From assembly GCA_041480845.1 (NCBI GenBank), contig JBGPAU010000003.1, forward strand, positions 1 through 54,758: a stretch of DNA of 54,758 bases. Reading direction: 5' to 3'. Below are positions 46,464 through 54,758 of this stretch, piece after piece. The translations under genes and the position numbers were made by a program. Each line of letters begins with the position of its first letter. The first letter of the stretch is position 1. The stretch is from Patescibacteria group bacterium. GTDB lineage: Bacteria; Patescibacteriota; Microgenomatia; UBA8517. Below the pieces are notes generated by a model. The model made no database searches. It saw nothing but the letters and a program-made list of their open reading frames with translations, and was not told the DNA's origin.

Positions 46464-47795
46464 ATGTTTTCCTCTCCTGTCAAAAAATTTGTACTGATTG
46501 TTTTTTTGGTACTTGTGGCAACATACATCAGCCTTCCCTCCAAATTTTCATTGTTTGGAAAAAGTATTACCCGGCCGGATTTGAACATCAAGATCGGCAA
46601 CTTCACTCTGCATCGTAATTTTGATCTGCACCTGGGGCTTGATCTTGCCGGTGGAAGTAGACTTGTATTTGAAGCGGATATGAACAGAGTTCCTGCTGAA
46701 AGGAAGTCTGAAGCCTTGCAGGGTGTGAGAGATATAATCGAAAGACGCGTAAACCTTTTTGGTATTTCGGAACCGACAGTACAAGTTTCTACATTTGAAA
46801 ACAAAAGTAGAATAATAGTTGAACTACCGGGAATAAGCGATACAAAACAAGCCGTTAATCTTATCGGGCAAACTGCACAGCTTATTTTTGAAGAAATTAA
46901 AGAGGTGCCGGGGGTTAAGGGCGCTACACCCTCAGCAACGCTTGTACCGACAAATTTAACGGGTGCAGATTTACAGACCGCAAAGGTAGTTTTTGATAGT
47001 CAAAACGGCAAGCCCGCCATTTCGCTTCAATTTACCAAGGACGGGGGAGATAAATTCGCCGAAATTACGGGAAGAAATATCGGAAAGCAATTGCCGATAG
47101 TCCTTGATAACCAGCCAATTTCCGCTCCGGTAGTTGAAGGCCAGATAACCGGTGGAAATGCGCAAATTACCGGGAGTTTTTCCATTGACGAGGCAAAACA
47201 GCTTGCAATTCAGCTTAATGCAGGGGCTCTTCCCGTTCCTGTTAGTCTTGTTCAGGAAACCACAATTGGAGCAACACTCGGAGCCATATCCGTCAGGCAA
47301 AGTATTTTGGCGGGGGCTGTGGGGGTGGCAATGGTAGGGCTATTCATGATTCTTGCCTACGGAAAATTGGGAATAGTAGCAGACGCGGGCCTTTTTGTCT
47401 TTACTGTTTTAACCTTGGCACTTTATAAGTTGATACCGGTTACGTTAACTCTTCCCGGAATAGCAGGGTTTATGTTATCGGTCGGAATGGCAGTTGACAG
47501 CAATATATTAATTTTTGAAAGATTTAAAGAAGAAAAAGACAAAAGATCGGTAGCAAATGCTCTTGAAATATCTTTTGGACGGGCCTGGGATTCAATAAGA
47601 GATGCTAACGTGGCCACAATTATTACCTCGCTTGTACTTATTAATCCGCTTGACTGGTCTTTCCTGCAATCTTCCGGTCCCGTCAGGGGTTTTGCCATCA
47701 CACTTCTACTGGGTATATTAATCAGTCTTTTTACGGGAATTTTTGTAAGCAGGAATTTACTTAGAGTTTTTGTGAGAGGAGGCAAAGATGATTAA
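46464..47795 (+). CDS. secD: Protein translocase subunit SecD
   Basis: LGLDLAGG, LNAGALPVP, GMAVDSNILIFER. Confidence 0.97.
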   Translation: MFSSPVKKFVLIVFLVLVATYISLPSKFSLFGKSITRPDLNIKIGNFTLHRNFDLHLGLDLAGGSRLVFEADMNRVPAERKSEALQGVRDIIERRVNLFGISEPTVQVSTFENKSRIIVELPGISDTKQAVNLIGQTAQLIFEEIKEVPGVKGATPSATLVPTNLTGADLQTAKVVFDSQNGKPAISLQFTKDGGDKFAEITGRNIGKQLPIVLDNQPISAPVVEGQITGGNAQITGSFSIDEAKQLAIQLNAGALPVPVSLVQETTIGATLGAISVRQSILAGAVGVAMVGLFMILAYGKLGIVADAGLFVFTVLTLALYKLIPVTLTLPGIAGFMLSVGMAVDSNILIFERFKEEKDKRSVANALEISFGRAWDSIRDANVATIITSLVLINPLDWSFLQSSGPVRGFAITLLLGILISLFTGIFVSRNLLRVFVRGGKDD

Positions 47796-48597
47796 TTGGA
47801 TGAAATACCGGCTTTTATATCTGGCAATCTCGCTTTTGGTAATCGGGGCGGGGACTTTTTCTGCCGTTAAATGGGGTTTTAAAGTGGGAATAGATTTTAT
47901 CGGTGGAAGCGTTTTGGAATACAGACTTCCGGACGGACAGACGAAGGTAATAAAAAACGGGCCGTTGGATCAAACAAAAAAAGATAAAATTAAAAGCGAT
48001 TTGGAAAAAAGCGTGGGCGGTCCGGTGGCTGAAATCAGATTTGAAAATGTCGGGCCGACAATTGGTCCGGAGCTGGTTAAAAAAACTTTCTATGCGCTTC
48101 TTATATCGTCCTTGGCAATTCTTCTTTGGGTTGCCTACCAATTCAAGAATATAAAATTTGGAATTTCGGCTACACTGGCCACAATTCATGACAGTCTTGT
48201 CCTTTTGGGCTCGTTTTCACTTTTGGGTCGTTTTTTTGGAGCCGAAATAGATTTTCTGTTCGTTACAGCAATGCTTACAATTCTTTCCTTTTCCGTCCAT
48301 GATACAATCGTCGTTTTTGACCGTATTAGGGAAAGCTGGAAGAAAGGGGAATCGGACAGTGATCTATATTCCCTTGCAAATCGTGCGTTAAGCCAAACGA
48401 TGACCAGGTCATTAAATAATTCTTTTACAATAATCTTTATGCTTTTTGCACTGATTCTTATGGGTGGCGAAACCGTTAAATGGTTTTCTGTAGCACTTTT
48501 AATCGGGACTATTTCGGGTACATATTCTTCACCTTTTGTAGCGGTATCGATATTGGTTACTTGGGATGAACTTCAGAAAAAATTTAAAAAAAGCTAG
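47788..48597 (+). CDS. secF: Protein translocase subunit SecF
   Basis: GIDFIGG, SVHDTIVVFDRIRE, GTYSS. Confidence 0.97.
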   Translation: MINWMKYRLLYLAISLLVIGAGTFSAVKWGFKVGIDFIGGSVLEYRLPDGQTKVIKNGPLDQTKKDKIKSDLEKSVGGPVAEIRFENVGPTIGPELVKKTFYALLISSLAILLWVAYQFKNIKFGISATLATIHDSLVLLGSFSLLGRFFGAEIDFLFVTAMLTILSFSVHDTIVVFDRIRESWKKGESDSDLYSLANRALSQTMTRSLNNSFTIIFMLFALILMGGETVKWFSVALLIGTISGTYSSPFVAVSILVTWDELQKKFKKS

Positions 48598-49928
48598 GGT
48601 CGAAGTGCTTTTAGAAGGGCTGCTTTTTCGTTTTCAATTTTCTTTTCAACAACTTTATCGAATAGGTCATTTAAAATTTTTCCAATCGCAGGTCCTGAGC
48701 GAAGTCGAAGGACTTTCATTACATCGTTGCCGTTAATTTTCAGGTCGCGGACAGTAAAGGGTTGTTTTTGAACCTCAATCAATCTTTTCTTAAACTCTTC
48801 GAGGCGCCAAGAAGTTTCGCGTGCACCACCGCCGAGTCGGTCCGCAACTCTGAGGCTCAACATATCCTCTACGTTTTCCAAACCGGTGTTCCGTAAAAAC
48901 CTTCTTAGTGCTGAATCGGTCTGTCTTTCATCAACCGTAAATTGGTGCCATCTAACAAGCGCAATAAATTTATCCTTTTCTTTATTGGAAAACCTTAGCC
49001 GTTCGGCAATATTCTCGGCAATTTTTGTTGAAACCATTTCGTGGTTATAAAAAGTTATTACTCCGCTTTCCAGTTTTTTATATGTAAGGGGTTTGCCTAT
49101 ATCATGAATTAAGGTGGCAAATCCTGTAACGGGATCCGGGCTCTTGCAATTTTTCAGAGACATTAAAAGGTGATTCCCCACATCATAAATATGGTGTCTG
49201 CCCGGGGATTTTTGCTCTACACCGAAACACTTTTCCATTTCGGGCAACACTTCCTGCATTAGCCCCGAGTTTCTGAAAAGAACAATGCCGTCATAAGGAC
49301 TTGCCGAGGCAAGTATCTTAAAAAGTTCTTCTTTGACTCTTTCTTTGGCGATTTTATTTATAAGGGTCGCATTTTTTTTAATTGCTTCAAAAGTTTTGTC
49401 CTCGATTAAAAATCCAAGTTCTGCACCGATTCTTACTGCCCGCATCATTCTTAACGCATCCTCGCCGAATCGGGCGTCCGGATCGCCAACCGCGCGGATC
49501 AACTTGTTCTTGATATCCTCCTGCCCTTTATAAAAATCGATAACTTTAAAGTCCTTTTCAAGAGCTAAAGAATTGATTGTAAAATCTCGCCGGGATAGAT
49601 CTTCTTTCAAACTTTTTCCCCAGGTAATCTTTTCCGGATGGCGGAAATCGGAATATCCTTCTTCCTTTCTGAAAGTAGTAATTTCGTGGGGCCGCGTCGC
49701 ATCATCCGGGTTATCTGTAAAAACAGTCCCGAACTGATTATTATAAAGTCCTCCCGGAATAATCTTTAGAATCTCTTTGGGAGTTGCGTTGGTCGTAAAA
49801 TCCCAATCGTTTGTGAGCCTGCCCATTATGATATCCCGCACTGCCCCGCCGACAATATAAATTTCATATCCTGCTTTATCGAATTTATTTAGGATATCTT
49901 GTACTGATTTGGGCAATTGGACTTCCAT
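48594..49928 (-). CDS. cca: Class II tRNA nucleotidyltransferase with HD domain (CCA- or A-adding)
   Basis: VGGAVRD...DWD, RRDFTIN, EDALRMMRAVR, HDIGKP. Confidence 0.9.
   Translation of the reverse strand: MEVQLPKSVQDILNKFDKAGYEIYIVGGAVRDIIMGRLTNDWDFTTNATPKEILKIIPGGLYNNQFGTVFTDNPDDATRPHEITTFRKEEGYSDFRHPEKITWGKSLKEDLSRRDFTINSLALEKDFKVIDFYKGQEDIKNKLIRAVGDPDARFGEDALRMMRAVRIGAELGFLIEDKTFEAIKKNATLINKIAKERVKEELFKILASASPYDGIVLFRNSGLMQEVLPEMEKCFGVEQKSPGRHHIYDVGNHLLMSLKNCKSPDPVTGFATLIHDIGKPLTYKKLESGVITFYNHEMVSTKIAENIAERLRFSNKEKDKFIALVRWHQFTVDERQTDSALRRFLRNTGLENVEDMLSLRVADRLGGGARETSWRLEEFKKRLIEVQKQPFTVRDLKINGNDVMKVLRLRSGPAIGKILNDLFDKVVEKKIENEKAALLKALRP
48692..48713 (+). repeat. Family A repeat inside cca (reads VLRLRSG on the coding strand)
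   Basis: gtcctgagcgaagtcgaaggac; 20-nt core identical to the 22217 copy. Confidence 0.85.
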
Positions 49929-49954
49929 GTGCTTATAAGATAAATTATACCAGT

Positions 49955-51601
49955 ATGAGATGGGAAGTTTTACACAAATCACCAATTACTAGTCACCAAT
50001 CACTGATTGACGTACTTCTAAAAAATAGGGGAATTAAAAATAAGAAAGAGTTCTTTAACCCCACCGATCCGATGAAAATTTCCCTCAAGTCATTGGAGAT
50101 CAAAAAAACCGAAGTCAAAATAGCCATAGATAGAATCAAAAAAGCCAAAAAATCAGGCGAGCACGTAATTATTTATGGAGATTATGATGCGGACGGAATT
50201 ACTGGAACGGCGGTGATGTGGGAAACTTTGCATGATCTTGGCATTTTTGTTTTACCTCATATTCCCGAACGATTTTCTGAAGGATACGGATTGAATTTGG
50301 AAAGTGTTAAGAAATTAAAAAAAGAAGATCCCGAACTCAGACTTATTATTACCGTTGATCACGGAATTGTTGCCGGGAAAAAAGTTGATGAAGTTAAAAA
50401 GCTTGGTATAGATATGATTATTACCGATCACCACCAAGCCGGCAAAAAGATGCCCAAACCTTTGGCTTTGATTTATACGACTAAAATTGGCGGCTCAGCT
50501 CTTGCATGGTTCTTCGGGCGGGAAGTTGTTCGAAGTTTCAAGATTCCAGATTCCAAATTCAAGATTCAAGATCGTCTGGAACTTGCTGCTATAGGGACAA
50601 TTGCGGATCAACTTCCTCTAATCGGACCAAACAGGTCGGTTGTAAAATACGGTCTAACGATTTTGAATCATACAAAAAGACCCGGTCTTTTGGCCCTTTT
50701 TGAGGAAGCGGGCATAAATGAAATTGGCCCTTACGAAGTGGGATTTTTGATAGCCCCCAGAATTAATTCAATGGGTCGTCTTAAACACGGACTTGAATCT
50801 CTGAGACTTCTTTGCACGCGAGACAAAGTAAAAGCTCTCCAAATTGCAGGAAACGTTGGCCGTACCAATCGTGAACGCCAGAAAATAGTCGATGAAGTTG
50901 TGGCGCATGCCAGAAATTCCTACAAAAGTATAGAAAAACAATATGTAATAGTTTTGGCTCATGAATCTTATCACGAAGGTGTAATCGGCCTTGCCGCCGC
51001 AAAGTTGGTTGAGGAATTTTATCGTCCTGCAATTGTGCTTTCTAAAAGCGGGAATATTGCCAAAGCTTCGGCACGCTCAATCTCGGGATTTAATATCATC
51101 GAGGCGATAAGGAGGTTGGAAAAACTTTATATTGAAGGCGGGGGACATCCGATGGCTGCCGGATTTTCAATAGAAACCAAAAATATCGGCATCTTTACAA
51201 AAGAAATAAATAAAATTGCCGGAAGACTTATTACAAAGGACATATTAGAGAGAAAAGTAAAAATTGACCTGGAACTTAATTTCAAAGAAATTAATGCTGA
51301 GCTTGTCGAACGCATAAAAGAATTTGAACCGACAGGATTGGGCAATCCTTCGCCTACATTTTTTGGCGAGAAAGTTGAAATATTAGACGCAAAAACGGTT
51401 GGCAGGGACGCAAAACACCTTAAACTAAAATTAAGGCAAGATGGACAAATATTTGACTCAATATTTTTTGGTGGGGGAGAAATATACTCAAAACTTACCC
51501 CCGGCGCAGATATAGATATTGCTTATCAAGTTGAAGAAAATTTATGGAACGGGTATAAAAGCATACAGTTGAAGGTAAAAGATATCAAAACTGCTGATTA
51601 A
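49955..51601 (+). CDS. recJ: Single-stranded DNA exonuclease RecJ
   Basis: YGDYDADG, ITVDHG, TDHH, GGGHPMAAG. Confidence 0.97.
   Translation: MRWEVLHKSPITSHQSLIDVLLKNRGIKNKKEFFNPTDPMKISLKSLEIKKTEVKIAIDRIKKAKKSGEHVIIYGDYDADGITGTAVMWETLHDLGIFVLPHIPERFSEGYGLNLESVKKLKKEDPELRLIITVDHGIVAGKKVDEVKKLGIDMIITDHHQAGKKMPKPLALIYTTKIGGSALAWFFGREVVRSFKIPDSKFKIQDRLELAAIGTIADQLPLIGPNRSVVKYGLTILNHTKRPGLLALFEEAGINEIGPYEVGFLIAPRINSMGRLKHGLESLRLLCTRDKVKALQIAGNVGRTNRERQKIVDEVVAHARNSYKSIEKQYVIVLAHESYHEGVIGLAAAKLVEEFYRPAIVLSKSGNIAKASARSISGFNIIEAIRRLEKLYIEGGGHPMAAGFSIETKNIGIFTKEINKIAGRLITKDILERKVKIDLELNFKEINAELVERIKEFEPTGLGNPSPTFFGEKVEILDAKTVGRDAKHLKLKLRQDGQIFDSIFFGGGEIYSKLTPGADIDIAYQVEENLWNGYKSIQLKVKDIKTAD
50537..50571 (+). 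repeat. Five heptamer units inside recJ (FKIPDSKFKIQD)
   Basis: ttcaaga ttccaga ttccaaa ttcaaga ttcaaga. Confidence 0.8.
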
Positions 51602-51819
51602 GTTGCCTCTGGTTCGTTTTGATCCGGACCGGGTCCGTATTTCCTAGTCGGGAGTAAATTATGGACAGTCAAATCTTCGGGATTATATGTCTCACCCGGA
51701 ATGATATCTCTATGAGGACCGAAGGCCACCTCACTTTCTGATATTTGTCCATGAACATTGTTTTTATTTTGTCTGTTGTCCGTCGTGGCTTTACGTCCTC
51801 TTTCCATATATGAGTGCAT
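51598..51819 (-). CDS. Orphan small protein (start 51819 or 51807)
   Basis: Fills the recJ-aspS gap; TTGACA-18-CAGAAT upstream. Confidence 0.5.
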   Translation of the reverse strand: MHSYMERGRKATTDNRQNKNNVHGQISESEVAFGPHRDIIPGETYNPEDLTVHNLLPTRKYGPGPDQNEPEAT

Positions 51820-51842
51820 ATTCTGTCAAAAATAGCCTCTCC

Positions 51843-51871
51843 TTGTCAAGTTGGCGTTAAGAACCTAGAAT
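51843..51871 (+). promoter_or_regulatory. aspS promoter (leaderless), overlapping the divergent -35
   Basis: TTGTCA-17-TAGAAT; GTG 7 nt later. Confidence 0.6.
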
Positions 51872-51878
51872 ATGTCTA

Positions 51879-53213
51879 GTGGAAAGAACATTAATTGCGG
51901 ACGCGGTTAAAAAAGTCGGAGAGAAAATAAAAATTGATGGGTTTGTACATGTTATTCGGGCTCACGGGAAAATAGCCTTTGCGGACATAGTTGATAGAAG
52001 CGGAGTTATGCAGGTTGTTGGGGGTTCAGAAATTGCCGATTTGAGGCCTCAATATGCGGTTGAAATTGAGGGAGTTATCAATAAAAGACCTCCACAGATG
52101 GTCAATGACAAAATCGAAACTGGAGCCGTCGAACTTTCTTCCGAAAAAGTTAAAGTGTTGGCAGAGGCAGAGAAAATGCCTTTTGATATGGGAGCTATGG
52201 AGCTTAATTTGGAACTTCCCACACTTCTTGATTATCGGACCCTGGCTTTGAGACACTCCAAAATTAAAGAAATTTTTGAAGTTCAGGCGGTGATTGTAGA
52301 GGGTTTCAGAAAATCTGCGGAAGAACTTGGGTGCACCGAAATTTTTGTTCCTACCATTTCTGCCTCGGCTACGGAGGGTGGAGCGGAAGTTTTTGAGGTG
52401 GATTACTATGGTCACAAGGCGTTCATGACACAAAGTCCCCAGCTTTATAAGCAAATGCTGGTTCCGGTCTTTGAAAGGGTGTTTACAATTGCCAAGGCTT
52501 ATCGTGCTGAGCCGTCAGTTACTACACGCCACCTGTCCGAATCAACGCAAATGGATTGCGAACTCGGCTTTATTGATTTTAACGGACTGATGGACGCTCT
52601 GGAATTTGTTGCCGTCAATATTTTGAAATATGCGGAAGAAAAACAGGGGGATATTCTTGAGAGTTACGGTATTCCAAAGTTAAAACTGCCGGTAAAAGTT
52701 CCCAGGCTGACCATGAGAGAGGCCCAGAAGATTATTTTAAAGCGTACCGGGGTTGATCATACAAACGAAAAAGATTTAGATCCCGAAGATGAAAAAGAAA
52801 TTTGCAAGTGGGCTCTTGAAGAAAAGGATTCGGACTTGGTTACAATTACTCACTATCCAACCGGCAAAAGAGCATTTTACACAATGCCCGATCCGGAAAA
52901 TCCCGAGTTTTCCCTGAGCTACGACCTTCTTTTTAGAGGGCTTGAAATTCTAAGCGGAAGCCAGAGAATCAGCGATTATGATAAATTAGCCGAGACGATA
53001 AAGAAACACGGAATGGATCCGAAAAATTTTGAAATGTATCTGTCGGCATTTAAATACGGAATGCCCCCGGAAGGCGGTTTTTCCTTCGGACTCGAGAGAA
53101 TCACAATGAAGCTTCTGAATCTTTCAAATATCCGCGAAGCCTCACTTTTTCCAAGAGATATGGAGCGTGTTGACTATCGATTCTCGCAAACCAAAAAAGA
53201 ATCTTCGAAATGA
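51879..53213 (+). CDS. aspS: Aspartyl-tRNA synthetase, short archaeal-type (probably non-discriminating)
   Basis: 444 aa; TEGGAEVF, QSPQLYKQ, YRAEPS..RHL.E, GLER; no GAD insertion. Confidence 0.9.
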   Translation: MERTLIADAVKKVGEKIKIDGFVHVIRAHGKIAFADIVDRSGVMQVVGGSEIADLRPQYAVEIEGVINKRPPQMVNDKIETGAVELSSEKVKVLAEAEKMPFDMGAMELNLELPTLLDYRTLALRHSKIKEIFEVQAVIVEGFRKSAEELGCTEIFVPTISASATEGGAEVFEVDYYGHKAFMTQSPQLYKQMLVPVFERVFTIAKAYRAEPSVTTRHLSESTQMDCELGFIDFNGLMDALEFVAVNILKYAEEKQGDILESYGIPKLKLPVKVPRLTMREAQKIILKRTGVDHTNEKDLDPEDEKEICKWALEEKDSDLVTITHYPTGKRAFYTMPDPENPEFSLSYDLLFRGLEILSGSQRISDYDKLAETIKKHGMDPKNFEMYLSAFKYGMPPEGGFSFGLERITMKLLNLSNIREASLFPRDMERVDYRFSQTKKESSK

Positions 53214-54136
53214 AGTTTTTCAATAAAAAAAATCATTTTCTGTATTTGATTATTTTGACGTTTGTTTTTGTCTCCACAAGTGCTCTGGCAATTTCAGGTA
53301 ATATCCCGCCGGTCCGACAGTTCATTAAGCCAATTATTCAACCGCCGAAAAATTTTCCCCCAAATCCGGTTTTGGCAGCAAGCAGTTCCTTTCCCATTAT
53401 TTCGGCTCAGGGAACCCTTGCAGTTGATTTGGATTCGGGGATAAGCCTTTATGAAAAAAATCCCGACACAAAACTTCTTCCGGCATCAACTACCAAAATA
53501 GTAACCGCACTTGTGGCTCTTGATTCGTATCCTCTGGATCAAATTGTCACAATAGGCAAAATAAATGTTGTCGGCCAGAAAATGGGCCTTTTCCAAGGGG
53601 AAAAGATATCAGTTGAAAATTTACTTTATGGTCTTCTGGTTTTTTCCGCGAATGATGCAGCGGAAGCGCTGGCAGATAGTTTTCCGGGGGGTACTGACGC
53701 ATTTATTGCCGCAATGAACGCAAAAGCAAAAGACCTTTCGATGGTAAACTCTGTGTTTCAAAATCCGGCCGGAATAGATGGTGTAAGCCAGATAACTACG
53801 GCAAAAGATCTGGTTCGAGTTTCCGAAGTCGCAATGAGAAACCCGACTTTCTCCAAAATAGTCGGTACGAGATCGATTAGTTTTAGCGATGTATCGGGAA
53901 AGATAAAATACAATCTTAAAAATATTAACCAGCTTTTGGGCGCGGTTCCCGGTGTTTTGGGAGTTAAAACGGGTTGGACGGAAAATGCCAGGGAAAATCT
54001 TGTAACTTATATAGAACGCGGCGGGCATAAAGTGATGATTGCTGTTTTAGGCAGCCAGGACAGGTTTGGAGAAACCAAAGAGCTTATTGATTGGATATTT
54101 GCGAATTACAAATGGGAAGAAGTAAGGCTTCCTTGA
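53210..54136 (+). CDS. Serine D-Ala-D-Ala carboxypeptidase (S11)
   Basis: PASTTK (SxxK), SAN (SxN), KTG motifs; N-terminal hydrophobic segment. Confidence 0.93.
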   Translation: MKFFNKKNHFLYLIILTFVFVSTSALAISGNIPPVRQFIKPIIQPPKNFPPNPVLAASSSFPIISAQGTLAVDLDSGISLYEKNPDTKLLPASTTKIVTALVALDSYPLDQIVTIGKINVVGQKMGLFQGEKISVENLLYGLLVFSANDAAEALADSFPGGTDAFIAAMNAKAKDLSMVNSVFQNPAGIDGVSQITTAKDLVRVSEVAMRNPTFSKIVGTRSISFSDVSGKIKYNLKNINQLLGAVPGVLGVKTGWTENARENLVTYIERGGHKVMIAVLGSQDRFGETKELIDWIFANYKWEEVRLP

Positions 54137-54138
54137 AA

Positions 54139-54758
54139 TTACTGTCCGTAGTATGCCGAAGTGACTGCCGGAAGGTATGCGGTAAATCCGTTATCTCCCT
54201 CAAAAACATAAACCGGTTGATAAAATTCGGTAACAGATCCCGGATCGAAATAGGCAAGATATACCCTCCTTATTTTTAGGCTGTCTCCATCTTTATTAAC
54301 TCCCAATGCGGCAAGATACGCCTGTCCGTTTTGAAGCTCAGTAAAAGCCTCCGCCGGGGTTTTAATCGGATACGTTGAAAATTGGGTTTCATCAACCGGA
54401 TAGTAGTGATTTTCGGCGGCGACTATTTCCTGGTCACGATTTACCGAACCGCTTATTATTGCCCAGACATTTGCCTGATCGGGAATTCCGGTAACGCCCG
54501 GTAAATTATCGTAGTTTTTTCTGAAAAGATTGACTTTCACCACGTCAGATTCGGAAAGCGAAAGTGCGCTAATAAGTTGTCCGTTTGTTAGCTTCAGATA
54601 TTTACTGGTGGCGGGTCCTGTCAAATCTGCCGGAAGAATACCTGCACTTGAAAGAATCGACCGGAATTCGGATGCGGCGACTTCGGCAATCGGGGGCTTA
54701 GCACTCAGGGGACTTTTGTCCTGCGCAAGGTTGTAGCTGATTGAAAACGTTCCGGTGA
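54139..54758 (-). CDS. Hypothetical protein, 5' end outside the window
   Basis: Frame stays open from 54139 to the window edge; C-terminal YQPVYVFEG..YLPAV. Confidence 0.75.
   Translation of the reverse strand, partial: TGTFSISYNLAQDKSPLSAKPPIAEVAASEFRSILSSAGILPADLTGPATSKYLKLTNGQLISALSLSESDVVKVNLFRKNYDNLPGVTGIPDQANVWAIISGSVNRDQEIVAAENHYYPVDETQFSTYPIKTPAEAFTELQNGQAYLAALGVNKDGDSLKIRRVYLAYFDPGSVTEFYQPVYVFEGDNGFTAYLPAVTSAYYGQ

Overview
Core-genome window from a Candidate Phyla Radiation (Patescibacteria) bacterium, most likely Microgenomates; this is inferred from the missing rpmD/uL30, rpsJ detached from rplC, N-truncated uL2, minimal RNase P RNA and anchorless RNase Y. Genetic code 11. It holds rpoB-rpoC, the str/S10/spc/alpha ribosomal cluster, rplM-rpsI, tRNA-Pro(GGG), recA-recX-rny, HU, an ABC-2 exporter, miaA, rnpB, yifB/comM, dtd, nth, secD/secF, cca, recJ, an archaeal-type aspS and a D,D-carboxypeptidase. 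No transposase, integrase, CRISPR array or intein was seen. The unexplained structure is small-scale. (1) A synonymously recoded second copy of the rpsD C-terminus lies in frame behind the TAG stop, separated by a short repeat and followed by a long hairpin. (2) At least four short-repeat types (two dispersed families, one single palindrome and heptamer tandem arrays) sit between genes and also in frame inside uL22, uL13, uL3, Cca, Dtd and RecJ. (3) Candidate cis-regulatory RNAs precede rny and rplC. (4) Self-promoted antisense orphans and a glycosylation cassette interrupt the housekeeping operons. (5) EF-G has altered G4/G5 motifs, RpoB looks rifampicin-resistant and Nth lacks its Fe-S cluster. 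All alignments and RNA folds were done by eye, and no database searches were run.
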